Part shown: positions 12,901 to 26,359 of the stretch, in pieces
How positions within the stretch are numbered: the first letter of the stretch is position 1
Layout of the letters: each line of letters begins with the position of its first letter
DNA from: Isurus oxyrinchus
Taxonomy: Eukaryota
Assembly: GCA_026770705.1 (NCBI GenBank)
Contig: JANJGN010000021.1
Span: forward strand, 90,148,001 to 90,212,000
Direction of reading: 5' to 3'
DNA length: 64,000 bases
The notes under the pieces: model-generated
Database searches by the model: none
Seen by the model: only the letters and a program-made list of their open reading frames with translations
What the model was told of the DNA's origin: nothing
Position numbers and translations under genes: made by a program

Positions 12901-13195
12901 ATCACCACAGTCCTCCAATTAAACTGGATTCATTTCACTCTGGCCTCTTGCGTATCGCTGATATTATGGAAATTTTAGCAGATGTCGTGCTTTCAGGTGG
13001 CCTGGCTGTAAGTGCTTGAATTCCCACACCTAAACTCTCGGACAGGCTGCCACTTTTGTCTTTTTAAGAAGTTTCTTAATATCGCTCTATTCCGGCAATT
13101 TGTCATCCACGACAGCAACACTTTGTGTTAGTGTCCGTGAAGCATCTGTGCACTTTTGTTTATGCAAATGGCATGTGGATAACAATGGATGTTTT
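12900..13195 (+). mobile_element. L2-type LINE 3' end
   Basis: tctggcctcttgcgtatc..gtgctttcag..gaattccc..cctaaac..gtgaagcatct. Confidence 0.55.
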
Positions 13196-13199
13196 TGCT

Positions 13200-14630
13200 C
13201 ACCTATAAATTGTAAAAATCAGATGGATAAAGGTAGCTTAGATGAGGAATTCATAGACTGTGAGATAGTTCCTTAGGTAACAGGTTCTGGCGCCAACCAG
13301 AGAGCAGGTTGGACGAGACATGATAATGTGGAACGTGATCAGATAAATTAACACCCTCAGATTAGAAGGCGCTCCTGAGGTGCAGCGGTCATAATATGAT
13401 TGAATTTTCAATTGAGATGGAGGGAGACAGGAGTGTGCCCAAGAGAAGTATCTTAAACTTAAATAAGGACAATGATTATTGCTTGAAAGTGGAGCTAAAG
13501 TGAACTGGCAAATTGGGTTAAGGCATGAGTCAACGAAGAGGCAATGGCAAACTTCCACTTTAGAAATTCGTGAACACAAAGAAGAGACATTTACACACAT
13601 GTTTCCAGGGCTGGCCAAAGGTTTGCAGTGGAATTCCCCAGGTATCGGTATTGGAGCCCCTGCATTTCCTGATATATATTATGATCTAGATATTGGTATG
13701 CAGGAGACAATTTCAAAGCTTGCGGATGATGAAAAACTTGGAATCATTGTAAGTTGTGAGGAGGACATTTAAGGACTTCTAAAGGACAAAGGCAAGTTGG
13801 TGGATTGTGCAGATAGTTGGCAGCTGAAGTTCCATGCCGAGCAGTGAAAGTTGATTCATGTTGGTAGGAAGAACATGGAGAGACAACATAAATAAAGGGT
13901 AAAATTCTTAATGGGCTGCAAGAGCAGGTGGACCTGGGTGCATATGTGCATTGATCATTGAAGGTGGCAGGACAGGTGCAAAGAGCAGTTAATAAAGCAT
14001 ATAGTATCCTTGGCCTTATTAATGGGGCATAGAGTACAAGAGCGAGGATGTTAAGTTAAACCTCTGTAGGACAATAGTTAGACATCGGCTGGAGTATTGT
14101 GTGCAGTTCTGGGTGCAGCACTTTAGAAGGGATGGGAACACATTGGAAAGAATGCAGGAGCAATTAACAACATTGGTTGCAGAGATAGGAAGCATCAGTT
14201 ATGAGGCTAGATTGGAGAAGCTGGGACAGTTATCCTTGGTATTGAGAAGGCTAAGAGGAGATACGATCGAGATGTTCAAAATCATGAGAGGGCTTGATAG
14301 GGCTCATAAAAGGATGGGGGTCGAGGAGGGTCGGGGGCGGTTGCACGGATTTAAAGTGATTAGCAAAATAATCACAAGCCATGCTATGTGAGAACAATTA
14401 TTTTGAGAGTTTCTGGTCAGGAATCCATTGCCTGAAACTTTAGTGGAGACGCATTCAATCGAGGAATTGAAGAGGAAATTTGTTGATAATTGAAATAGAA
14501 ACAACGTGTAGCGTTTTCAGAGAATGCAAGAGAGTGGCACTGAGCTATAATTCTCATTCGGAGAAGCTGTTAGACGCGATTAGCTGAATGACGTCCTTCT
14601 GCACCATACCAATTATGTGATTCTCTGATT
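13200..14630 (+). mobile_element. CR1 LINE 3' part (RT C-terminus and tail)
   Basis: ISKLADDEKLG (ORF 13479-13772); QFWVQHFRRD..LERMQ..RRLRGD (ORF 14101-14391); tail ending gattctctgatt. Confidence 0.9.
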
Positions 14631-14639
14631 CAAGGAGAT

Positions 14640-17600
14640 ATTTCGGAATACAAAGAATGGATGCATTCCAATCAGAAAGAAACATTCCAATGTAAGGACC
14701 CACAACTGCTGGTTAACAATAAAGGTTAAAGATAGTATCAAACTTAAAAAATTAAAATATAATTGTGCAAAATGACTGGCAGGTCATAAGACTTGGAAGA
14801 ATATAAAACAAGGCAAATAATGACTAAAAGATTAATAAGGAAGGAAAGTTAGAGCGTAAGAGAAAGGTAGTGAGAAAGAGAAAGCCAGATAGTAAGAGGC
14901 TCTAAAGTCATTAAGAAGCAAAATTAACAAAGTGGGTGTTGTTCTAATAGGAATGGAATCTGTGAAGTTAATAATGGAAAATAAGGGGATGGAAGGTGAA
15001 CTGAGCAGGATTTCAGCATAGAAGATGCATGTAACATTCAAGAACTAGCTGTAACTTAGGAAACGGAAGGGAGGGAGGAACTCACGAAAGCTGCAATCAT
15101 CAACAATGTGCCACTGAGCATATTATTGTACTTCCGATTGACAACTACGCGGGTCCTGATTTAAATCACCCTGGGATCTTAAAAGAAGAGGCTGTTGAGA
15201 TAGTTGATGGGTTGGTTTTAATTTTCCAAAATTGTCTGGATGCGGAGTGGGTGCCAGTAGATTGGCAAATAGCGAATGTAGCTCTTTCATTCAAATGGGG
15301 GAGGGAGGAAGAACTTAGGCTAGATAATATCTGTCGTAAGGAACCTATAAAAACACAAGGTAATCGAACAGATTCACCATAGTTTTGTGAAAGGGTACTT
15401 ATGCTTAACCAATTTCAAAGAGCTCTTTGAATAAACAACATGTGCCATGGATAAGGGGGAACAAGTGCATGCATTGTACTTACATTTCCAAAATGCATTT
15501 CACAAGGTGCCTCATCAAAGGTCATTGCGAAAAAGGAATAACTCATGCTGTATTGGCAAGCTAGCATGAAACAGGGATGAGGCATATATCACACGTTTTC
15601 TGGGTAGCAAGATCGTACACGTGGTGTGCCACAGGAATCAGTGTTGGGCACTCAATTTTTAAAAGTTATAGAAAAGATTTGGATGAAGGGATTTTCTGAT
15701 AACAAAAACGTAGTTTGTAAAGAAGGTTGTGAAGAAGACATAAGGGAGTTGCATAGGAATATTCGATAAGCTAAGTGATTTGGTATATAACTGGGAAATA
15801 GAGTATAATGTGCACAATTATAAAATTGTCCATTTTGGGAAGAAGAATAAAGAAAATGGAGTCGAATTTGCAGTTGACCATTGAGAGATTGCAGAGCTAT
15901 GAGATGCAGAAGTGTCCTAGCACATGAATTGCAAAAAGTCAGCATGTCAGCGAAGCAAAGAATTAGGAAAGCTATTATAATGTTATCATATTTTGCGAGG
16001 GGAATTGAATACAAAAGTCGGGAGGGTATGCTTCAGTTCGGCTGGCCACTGTTCAGACCACATCTGAACTAATGTCTACAACATCGGTCCCCTTATTTGA
16101 GTAAACACATAAATGCCTCGGAAGCAGTTCAGGGGGATTTAATGGTGTAGCAATTGATTCTAGGGTGATTTGTGTTCTGCGGAAAGGCTGGACCGGCTAG
16201 GCTTGTATCTGCTAGACTTAAAAAAGTATGAGATGATTTGATTGTGAGATATTAGGCATTGGGGCGTCATAGGGGTGCTGGGGGTGTGTGAAGTTTGGGG
16301 GATTTCTTGACAGGGTAGCTCTGGAAGCGATCATTCTACTGGGAAAATTTGGATCTAGCGGTGCCAGTTTTAAAATTGGGGTCACACATTTTGGATAGGG
16401 ATGAGGACCTTGTTCTGTCAGGCAGTGGTGAATGTTTGAAAATCCCTTCCTCAAAAGGCAGTAGAAACAGAGTCACAGAATCACACTGCAGAAGAGGCCC
16501 TTCAGCCCATCGACTCTGCATCAACACGTAAGAAACACCTGATCTGCCTATCTAATGGCATTTACAAGCACTTGGCCCACAACCTTGAATGTTATGACGT
16601 GGCAAGTGTTGATCCAGGTACTTTGTAAAGGATGTGAGGCAACCCGCCTCCACCACTCTCCAAGGCAGTGCATTCCAGGCCTTTTCCACACATCCCCCTA
16701 AACCTCCTGCCCTTTACCTTGAACTTATGCCCTCTTGTGACTGACCCTTCAATGAAGGGGAACAGCTGCTCCCTATCCACCCTGTCCATGCCCCTCATAA
16801 TCTTGTACACCTCGATCAGATCGCCCCTACATCTTCTCTGCTACAACGAAGATGACTCAAGACTATCCAACCTGTCTTCCTGACTTAAATGTTTCATCGC
16901 ATGCAACATCTTGGTCAATCTCCTCTGCACCCAGTCCAGTGCAATCACATGCTTCCTATAATGTGGCGGCCAGAACTGCACACAGTACTCCTGGTGTGGC
17001 CTCATCAATGTTCTATGCAACTCAAAATTGACCGCCCTACTTTTGTAATCCATGCCTCGATTGATAAAGGGAAGTGTCCCATTTGCCTTTTCCAACAACT
17101 CACTAACATGTCCCTCTACCTTCAGAGATCTATGTTCACACACGCCAAGGTCCCTTTGTTCTTCAGAACCTCCTAATGTCATGCCGTTCATTGAATACTT
17201 CCTTGTCAAATTAATCCTTCCAAAGCATATCACCTCAAAATTTTCAGGGTTAAATTCTACCTGCCACTTATCTGCCCATTTAACCATCCCGTCTATATCT
17301 TCCTGTAGCCCTAGACAGTCAACCTCACTGTTACCAACCCGACCAATCTTTGTATCCTCCGCCAACTTTCTATTCCTACCTCCCACATAGTCATCTATGT
17401 CGTTTATATAATTGACAAATAATAGGGGACCGAGCACAGATCCCTCTGGTACGCCACTGGACACTGGCTTCCAGTCACTAAAGCATCCTTCTTTCATCAC
17501 CCTCTGCCTCCTACAACTAAGCCAATTTTGAATCCACCTTATCAATTTATCCTGTATCCCATGTGCCTCTGCGTTCTTTGTAAGTCTTTGAATTTTGTTA

Positions 17601-17770
17601 AGGAGAAGTAGATATTTTCCTGATAAGCATGGAGATGAGAATTATCGGAGGTAGGCAGGAATATGGAGTTCAGGGCACAATCACATCAGCCATGATCTTA
17701 TTGAATGGCGGAGCATGCCTGACGGGCTGAAAGGCCTACTCCTTCTCTTACTTCGTATATTCGTAAGTTC
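14640..17770 (+). mobile_element. CR1 LINE, degraded, interrupted by a nested CR1 at 16475-17582; 3' tail resumes at 17587
   Basis: Collinear with the element at 2200-4340; KAIIMLSYFARGIEYKSRE (ORF 15881-16072); tail atcagccatgatcttattgaatggcggagc at about 17685-17715. Confidence 0.85.
16475..17582 (-). mobile_element. Younger 5'-truncated CR1 LINE with an open 234-codon RT C-terminal frame
   Basis: ORF 16841-17545: WIQNWLSCRRQRV..SGVPEGSVLGPLLF..LAEDTK..EYCVQFWPP; tail gatgggctgaagggcctcttctgcagtgtgattctgt. Confidence 0.95.
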
Positions 17771-18429
17771 GCATGTAAATCCGCCATATAAACGTTTTGT
17801 TTATATTGTTACACTTGCATTTCTTTGGTACTCGCTTGCACTATTTGTCCTCTACAGAATGCATTGCCTTCCACTCTACTGATTGAATTGCATTCGTCAA
17901 TTTCCTGTCTACCTTTCCAGTTCATCATATCTTCCTGTTGCTTATATCTTTGTTACTTGCTGAAACTCGCATATCCAAAAGCATCAGGCAATGACTAAAT
18001 CATGCTGCTTATATTTAAGTCCGATTTTAGAACATTACTGTAGAATGAGGGAAGACTGATCGATTGCCTGCAGTTCTAAGCAAGTTGTCGGGAGACATGA
18101 AGGCTCCTCGAGATCCAGCATGAAGTAGAATGCACATTCAGTGAGAGTGAAGGGCATCGTCATTCCAGAGTCTGTTGCAGGGCACAATAAGCCCAATTAC
18201 ATAATTACTTCATTTATCTAATCCGTACGTTGGTTACGTTTAGTATTTACTTATAAGCCATTTTTGTGATATCACATGTTGCTCCTGCACATTAACTGAG
18301 ACACCGATCTTTCAACGTGCGTCAGTGCTTATTTCCCGTGTGCTGTGGATTCTGCTCCTACTGTTCGATTTAAGTCTGTGAATTGTAAATTGATGTCCCA
18401 CTCATGGTTATTCCGCACCATCAATCATC

Positions 18430-19250
18430 ATCCACCTCGCAGTCTGATTGCCTTGTTTGTCCTGTAGCCAATAGCACTGCAAGCAATCTAGAGCTGAGCA
18501 ACAAGTAACCCACATTTTGGTCTATTGGAGTTGTACACGTACCGCATATTTCCATGCATACATGCCTGCAACATCGGACAAAAGGGTTAGAAATTCTAGG
18601 AGGGGCAGTGCTGCCAGTAGTTTCAATCAGGGCGCCCTTGGTGCCCTCCTGCACGCAGTAAATGATAGGCGTGACAAGCGGATGGCGAGTGGTGTTAAGA
18701 GGAACAAGCCCAGGGAGATTCCTGCTGGGTTGGAGGACGTGAGCGACAACGACAATTGTGTTTTCATGGAGACGGGCACTTGGACCTCGCGCCACAAAAA
18801 GTCAATGGCCCAGTGACGTCAATTGGAGGAAGCTAACCCTCTGCCATCATACACTTGTGGCGGCAGTAGATCCTTTGCGCCTCCGCTGAAGGTTTCTCGG
18901 TTCCTCCTATCCTCAAGGTCTGGCGTTGCTTTCTCTCTTTCCTGAGGAAGCACAACAGACTGAGAATCCCCGTGTTCCTTTCTCCCGATCACCCTTCTCA
19001 TCCTCCTCCTAATCATTCCCTCCACCCTCACCGAGGTTGTGTCTCCAGTTGACAACAATCACCTCAATACAGTCATCTCAAAAACCATTCATCGCTCACC
19101 AGCATATAACGGGCAAGGAATTATTCCATCAAAAACTCTGTGCATCAGAGGAGAGACCTCCTCGTAAAAATGAAAGCCGAAAATTCCCTCGTAAATCTCA
19201 GCGTGAAGATATATTCTGATCGTATTGTTGCAGTGAAATGGGTAGTTAAT
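18430..19250. mobile_element. Probable Harbinger/PIF remnant (Myb-like N-terminus on +, transposase N-terminus on -)
   Basis: + strand RRGSAASSFNQGALGALLHAVNDRRD resembles SANT/Myb-like starts; - strand PPQVY..RVSFLQLT..RLHENTIVVVAHVLQP resembles HARBI1-type N-termini; recognised by eye only. Confidence 0.4.
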
Positions 19251-20166
19251 AAGCTGAATTGGCTTTTAAATCGACATTCCATAACGCGGGCTGGTTCTCG
19301 CTTTGTTGACCCGCACGTCTGCCGTACTCTCGGCAACGGGCCTGTTGGCGTTGAAAACGTTGCATGACGTCTTCACGCCCCATAATACACCCTGCGAAGC
19401 GAAAAATGCTCCCGATCACGGAGCGTACGATTCCACCTCTTTCTCTTGTGTTGAATAAGTTAGCGCTACCTTCATTTGCATCTACTTGGCAACTATATAC
19501 GGTACCCGTATTCAATGATTGAATTTTGCAATCAATCCGTTTAACGCTTCTATCTTTCTGTTGAAACACTCGCATATGTAGCAACCGATACAGATCCATT
19601 TAAACTCAGCGATTTGAGCAACTTCAACAGAAAATTCGCATATAATCTGAGTGAAGAACCCCGAATATTATTTAGAGCTTTTATCAATATAATGAGCTGG
19701 GATACTGGCTGGCAGTTCTTTGTGTGGAGCTTTATTTACAAACATGCGGCAATACGCGTTATGCCCATGCCAATTTTCACTCCTTCTGCTATTGATAATG
19801 TGCTTAATGAGTGACTGCTTGATGTCCGCTTTTAACCTAAATTGGTATTAACCACATAACTTGGCTTCGTACTGTTTGTTCTGACACATATGGAAGGTTG
19901 CATTTTGTTGTATCTATCTTTGCATTATAGTTCAATTTCGTTAAAAAAAAAGTGAAACCAACGCAGAAGTCAGGGCTTTCTGGAAAACTCAATGCAGAAT
20001 GAAAGAAAAGAGTGCTAAACGGAAATGTTCCTTGAAATAAATATTGTTTGGCCAGAACAACGAATGCTTTAATATGTCTAATTACTGAGATATTTTATTT
20101 CAATCCTAATTTATAAAACAAAATCTTGAAATAAAGCTAACATATGTTGCTTATTTTGTACTACAG

Positions 20167-20193
20167 AGGACGATAACAGATTTAAAGACAAAG
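20167..20193 (+). CDS. 27-nt phase-1 micro-exon ((E)DDNRFKDK)
   Basis: gcttattttgtactacag|AGGACGATAACAGATTTAAAGACAAAG|gtattt; intron flanks resemble those of the 35689 exon. Confidence 0.8.
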
Positions 20194-20589
20194 GTATTTG
20201 TTGAACAAAAACAGTCTTTGCGAGTTAAATACTATTTACGTGAATAACATTCAATAACTTTCGCTTTTCCGCATTGGCAACACCGACTCTGTGAGAAATG
20301 TGTGTGTTGAAATACTAGAAGTAAAATATAATCAAAAGTTTGCGTGCACTTATATAACAGTTAACAGAAAGCTACTCCAAATGGGAACCTCTTTTGGATA
20401 GGTAAGCGTGACACCAAACCAAATTTTAGTTTATGAGGTCCAATCGTGCCAGCGATATTCAAACAGACACTCCCTTAATGCGATAGTACACAAGAACTAG
20501 TAATAGCAGAGCAAGAGCCTTTTTAAAACATTTTTCCAAATGTTTATTTCCATTAACTCAAGAAAAGTACCGAGAGCATGAAAGATGAC

Positions 20590-21960
20590 GAATAGGGGCC
20601 GTAGCACACTATACTACGAATTGAACCTGTTCCACCATTGAAGACGATTATATCTGATTCTCGACCTGAATCCACTTTTCCACTCACTCCTCAGACCACT
20701 TAATTTTCTGAACCACCAAAACTCTTCTTCAGCCTTAAGTTTATTCAAGGATGGGGATACAGGACGATATATGTCGGAGAATTCCAAAGATTCATAACCG
20801 TTTAGTTGTAATTAATTGGCCACAGACTCTGAGACTTTGCCCCCGTGTTTCAGATTCCCCAGCCCAGAGGAACTGCCTCTTAATTTCAACACTATGAAGT
20901 CCATCCAAAATTTTGTATGTTTCGTGACGTATGATTGAATTACGTCACTTTTCATTCTTCTAATCTACAGGCAATATGATTCAAATTCTCCCAGTTTTCC
21001 CATAATTTTCATCCCAAGTATTTATGTAGAGAACAAGGCTTCCTTATTTTAGCTCTTCCGTCGCCATAAATTAGAGGCCAAGAGCAATCTTTATGCAGCT
21101 CTCCCATCATAATCTATAACTGATTTTTTAAAATTTTAAGATTCCTGTTTCTGACAGACACGTGTCGCTTTCAAACTTGGTATGGAATTGAATTGTATTA
21201 AAGTGATTTTTTTCCCCAGACCGATGCTAATCGTCACCTGAGTTGCACAATGCAATTTCTAAGATGCATACTATCCCTAGTTGTTTCCAAGCAGTCAAAT
21301 GTCACCCATGCATTATAGAAAACCGTATGCCAAATCTTATTTACCAATTTGATTCCTCCATTCTATAGGGTTCATCCCATCACCACAACCCACACACCTC
21401 ATCAACAAACATATTATCGTTTGTTTTCAACCTCCAAATTACATCTTCCGTTATGCTCCTTCCATTTGAATAAATACTGTTAGGGGGCGACGAGCCACTC
21501 CCAATGCGTCTCTGGTCTGTTATCCTAATTTTCGTCAAGAATGCTGTTATTTCTGCACTTCCTGCGTCTCTCTGGGCTGCCTTCGGGTCTACTCCTTTTT
21601 CATTCTGCCTGTCTTTTCGAAATTGTGTGTGCACCCAGCTAATTATTTTCTAACCTTGTTCACATTGCAAACATTGCTTTGCATTTGCAGTGATCAAAAC
21701 GGTTACCATTATTTGTGCACTAAACCATCTCACTTATTTTTAATGGTTAGGGCATTGGGAAAACATCTTTTCGTTTATTGTTTTCGACGATTCATTAAAT
21801 GGGCCGTTTTACTTGGCACACTATTAACAAAAACAACTTTCCGTCTCTCCCTCTTCGGCTCTCTTTGCCTTTACCCAAATGATCACATTGCTATATTACT
21901 TCGATTTTCAGATTGGGAGATCTCCCTTTAGGGAATCACCGCCCTCTTTGACCCACTCTC
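20590..21960 (-). mobile_element. Degraded CR1 fragments (3' tail and internal pieces)
   Basis: Reverse CR1 tail cctgttccaccattgaag..tctgat..tccacttt at 20625-20680 and agaattccaaagattca. Confidence 0.6.
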
Positions 21961-23811
21961 TATATTTTTTTTAAGTTTTGAAGCCGCATGCATAACATTC
22001 AAATGCAATTAGTCTGCACACGAAACTCAGTGCAGTTAACTATCTGGGGATTCGTGGAACGTGTGCGATATTCTATTAGCTACCAACAATATTCCCCCTC
22101 ATTTTTACGGCCCCCCACCTCCGCAGTGCCATTAAAGGCTCCATGTTTGTAACGTGCAGCTAATTCGTTGTTCTTAAAATACCGAGGACTAAATAGAAAC
22201 CTCCCCCGCCTAAATGGACCCCATGCACGATGACCAATCCCTTTCAGCTCCCTGGAAGCGGATTGGGAAGTGGCTGGGTTGCTGGAAGGTGAGGGTGCCG
22301 TTCGTATCTTTATTCCAATTGGCAAAGTTCTGTGACTTTGTGGTACCTCACTCAGGAGCTAGCCAAAGGCGGCCTGTCACGGTACATGCTCTGTGGCAGA
22401 AGGCCGACAAGCTGCCTTGTTATCTTAAGCTCAACGTATGTCCCAAAGTCGCACAGTCCGAAACACAATCCTGCAGCCCGAAAATCACTTTCAGAAAACT
22501 TAAAGGTTGCCGGTCAGAGGCTCATCGAGAAAAAAAGAAACACCTCCCAACCCCCAAACGGCAAAACGGGAGACAAATAAGCCTTATATGTGACAGCAAT
22601 CAGTCGTAAGTTGGGTTGCCCCTTCTATATTGCTTGTGCCAGCATATCCGGGTACTCTTGAGAAATAAGTTATTCATCCCTTTGGGAGACATTCTTTTGG
22701 AGAACCTTCCCTAAAACTACCTTCCACAATGGCCTTCATCTCTTTAGGTGGAGATGGTGGCCATCCCATGTTGTGCATCCTCCACTGGGGCCTCCCGGCT
22801 CGCTGTCCTGCCTGTCGACATGAATTCGAATTTGGACATGGAGGGAACATGGTATAATTTTCGCCCTCTGTAAGATTGCGATGTTGCAGATATCAGGAAC
22901 CACCACATCAGGGCCGGGAAATGGCGCTGACTTTTGATTGCTTCTCTGTCCGGAAGTATCCGGCCAATTATTGGAATTTCCCCAGCATTATATCGACAGC
23001 TCTCCAGGACGCAGGTGCCGGTGAGTTTAGAAACTGAACTCTTTCTAACTGCCCAATTTTTTCCGCATGCTCTCCCATTTGCCAGAGGTGGGTCTACAGC
23101 AGCTTTGTAAAGAACCCACTTATGCTCGACAGATAATGTAATCCATGAGGTAGTTAATAGGTTTTTCATTAGCGGTCTGCAATGTTGCTGACCATGGGTG
23201 TGCCCCAAGCTGTGCTTTGAATCATCAGATGAGGCGACAGATAAGTGGGCTGTGAGTGAGGCTGTTTTTTGATGATTGAGATTTAATCGTTCAGGTCAGG
23301 AATGTTAAGATAGATGATTTGCATGCTCTACATTTTGCTATTAAATATGTAATTCCTGGAGATGGATGTCTGTGATCGTTATGCACCACATGATAGCACA
23401 GCGGCTCCCCTAAGTATGACGGCAGTAGTGGTAGTACTTTGTCGCCCCTGCTGCATGGAACTCAGGGATGCGACAACTGGTCATATGTTGAAGGGTAGGA
23501 GTAGATGCCCGTCTCCTTTTGCAACGGACCGGCCTATCTTGAGCTCCCCCTTCCAGAATCCATCTGTCGTCCTTCAATGGCTGGCCAATGTTAAGGAAGC
23601 AATTGGCTGTTTTCTATTGCATTGCAGAACACATAATTGAGATGAATAAGACTGAGACCCGAAAGTGCCTGAGCATGATCGACATTTTTTTTTTGTTAGG
23701 AGCATTGCAGCCAAATATACCCCTCTGCTCGAACGGATGATTAGCATGAGAAAGTAAATTGGAAGGGTGAAATATGGTTCCAGATCTCACCAGTGCTTTG
23801 CTTCATTTTAG

Positions 23812-23847
23812 AAATGGATAAAATGAGGGACAGGCTGAGAGATGCAG
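23812..23847 (+). CDS. 36-nt phase-1 micro-exon ((E)MDKMRDRLRDA)
   Basis: ctttgcttcattttag|AAATGGATAAAATGAGGGACAGGCTGAGAGATGCAG|gtgagt; clear paralogue of the 37475 exon, including flanks. Confidence 0.85.
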
Positions 23848-24249
23848 GTGAGTCCGCCATTCATCTCTCATTCATTGATGTTTGTACTATTCAGTGCATT
23901 GCGGCACATCCAAGCAATGAGGTAAATTTTCAATTGCTATGACAAGGTAAAATTACTGAAAGCGAATATGAAGATGGTTTCATTGTTCTTTGATGATTGT
24001 TTCTTTTGCGTAATCAAAGGAGGTCCATCTGCACATCCTTAATTTAGGTAGTTCTGTCTTCATTTTCATCGATAAAGATAATTCTATTGTTTTTCCTACA
24101 TCTTATTCATAGTGATTAACAATATTATTCAAAGATTTTGCACTTTTTTCTCTTTTGGATAAATTCCAGCCACCCAACTTTCCTGTGATATATAAACTTT
24201 TGTGAGGTTTCCAAATGTTTCCGCATGCTACATTTACATGAACCTCATT

Positions 24250-24350
24250 TGTGGTTGACTCTCAAATGCCCTCTGAACAAAGGCAATCAGAGATGGGCAA
24301 TAAATGTTGGCCAGCGATGCCCACATCCCATTAACGAATAATAATAATAA
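24250..24350 (+). mobile_element. SINE/LINE 3' tail fragment
   Basis: gtggttgactctcaaatgccctctg..gatgggcaataaatgttggccagcgatgcccacatccca followed by (aat)n. Confidence 0.75.
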
Positions 24351-26359
24351 AAGTCAAAGCCTCTAAGAAAACTTATTGACCTACGGGTAATGTGAAATTG
24401 CAGCTTTGTTTCATTTTTGTTGCAATCGCCACCTCCCCACTTCCCTTGCTCCTCAAGAATCGGTAACACCTCGTGTTACCTAACTCATCCAATTTGATGA
24501 TTTTTTCTAAAATGTGGACCTGAACACTTCCAGTCCCAAGTGTACTGGATCATACTACCTGCTGTCGTTCATTCCGTTCATTCGCTGACAACCCCTCCTG
24601 TTATCTCTCATGGCAGCTTCCTGAATTAGCCCTCTACTCATTTATGGCTACCATTTCCCCTTGGTTAATATATAGTGATTCGGGCATTTGTGTGTGAATA
24701 TATGTCTTTGTTGTCACTATGTGATGTTAACGACTGAGAAATGTATAGTTTGTGAACTTCATGCATTGCCGCCTAGAGAAACATTTTGGTGTATAGGAAT
24801 TCAGAGTGGAAAAGATGCGCGCCTGGAAACTGCAATGTGCCACAGAATGTGAAAATTATTAGTTTTAATGTTTATGTCAGTTTATTTTCCCCATTTTCCA
24901 CATGTTCTGAAGCACTATATACTGCCCCTTGTACTTTGACCTCAATGAACGACTATGATGACTGGACCGTATGCAATCATTTGCCAAGTTTGAAGCTATC
25001 AGTTCAGTTGAACTGCCACTTACCTGCAATTTTCCTAATCCACCAATCCACACTTCTTTTGAAATGCTCCCCCCCCACCTCTAGCCCAGAAGTCGTATCC
25101 ACCTGTAGTTTATCCTTTACATACTCTTTTGCCCTCATTGATCTTATCTCCTCGATGAGGCATGTCTTCTGCCGTCTGCACAACATTCCCACAAAACTGT
25201 AGACCAGCAGGCTACTTCCTGGCTCGCAGGATTATTGATATGCTTCATAGTTCTCATTTCGCAGGCACTGTTGTATCACAGTCAAACGACTCACGATTAT
25301 CTCCATCTTCAAATCAGAACAGATAACTGCATTGCGCTTGCAAATACACACACAATCGCAAACGTTCCTTGTCCCTGAGCAGTCCTCAAACGTGCAAATG
25401 TCTTGCGACGGATACCTTACATTTCCCGAATGCAATGGGCTGAATAATATGCTCCCAGTTCGGGAGCGCTTCCCACCTTGCGGTATCGTGAGGCATGATG
25501 ATTGGGCATGGTTTACCATGTCATCAAATTGGTTTCCGATGACACCGCACGCGGGCGGGACAAAAAGCTGGGAAACCCTCGTGTTATTTAAGTATCAATG
25601 TAAAAGAAAATGCAGCTAACTAACCACCCATCCCGCTGGATTAAAATGGTGAAACCGTTTATTACCTTCAGGGTATTAAATAATAATACATTCAGCAATA
25701 ATATATTCAGGGTGAGATTTCCAACATGCAGGGAATCCGTTGTTTTTAAGAGCTCGCTTGTTTGGGCAGGTTTTAAAACTGCAGCTGAGACAAAAGTCTC
25801 AGCTTTGGATAGGAAACACTATTGATGACAATCGTTGTCCATTTCAGTGAACAGGCGAAGTTTTTGGAGAAAACATTTTTTTGTACATCAATCGACCCTA
25901 AACGTTTCGATGAGGAATGTTTGTTTTAATGTTTGTTTTATATAAAACAGCAACTGTTTACCTAGATTTTACATATCAGTAAACTTGATGTTATTTGGTA
26001 ATTTCACTTTAACCTCCACTTCCTGTGCACCTCCAGACCTCTATTCATCTCTCGGATTCTGATTATTTCCATTCTCCCACTCAGCCTACCGTCAACCACG
26101 CCACCCCGGCACGACACTCTCGGAATTTACCCTTGCTCTGCACTATAAACGTTCTGATATCCAGACCTACTTTTGGTAGTTTTGGCATTTTTGTTTGCAT
26201 GAACATAATTGCTCTGAACACTATCTCTTCCATCAATGCGTCCCATCCATCTGACACTGACTTTATTTCATGTAGTCCTTGCCATTTGAGTATAACAAAT
26301 CATGACTAAGCACAATGAGCATAATCCAATATTCCAATTTAAAACATTTAACGTTTGTG

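Noticed and set aside
19246-19599. Minus ORF with YSCQV suggesting an Ig domain
   Set aside because: Lacks the spaced Cys/Trp pattern and exon boundaries; on the opposite strand to the gene
20368-20401. Strong donor ag|gtaagc about 200 nt after exon 20167
   Set aside because: Acceptors are weak, lengths of 30/34/41 nt do not fit, and there is no similarity to the modules
22744-23208. 154-aa minus ORF, possibly a retroelement protease or endonuclease remnant
   Set aside because: No motif clear enough to assign
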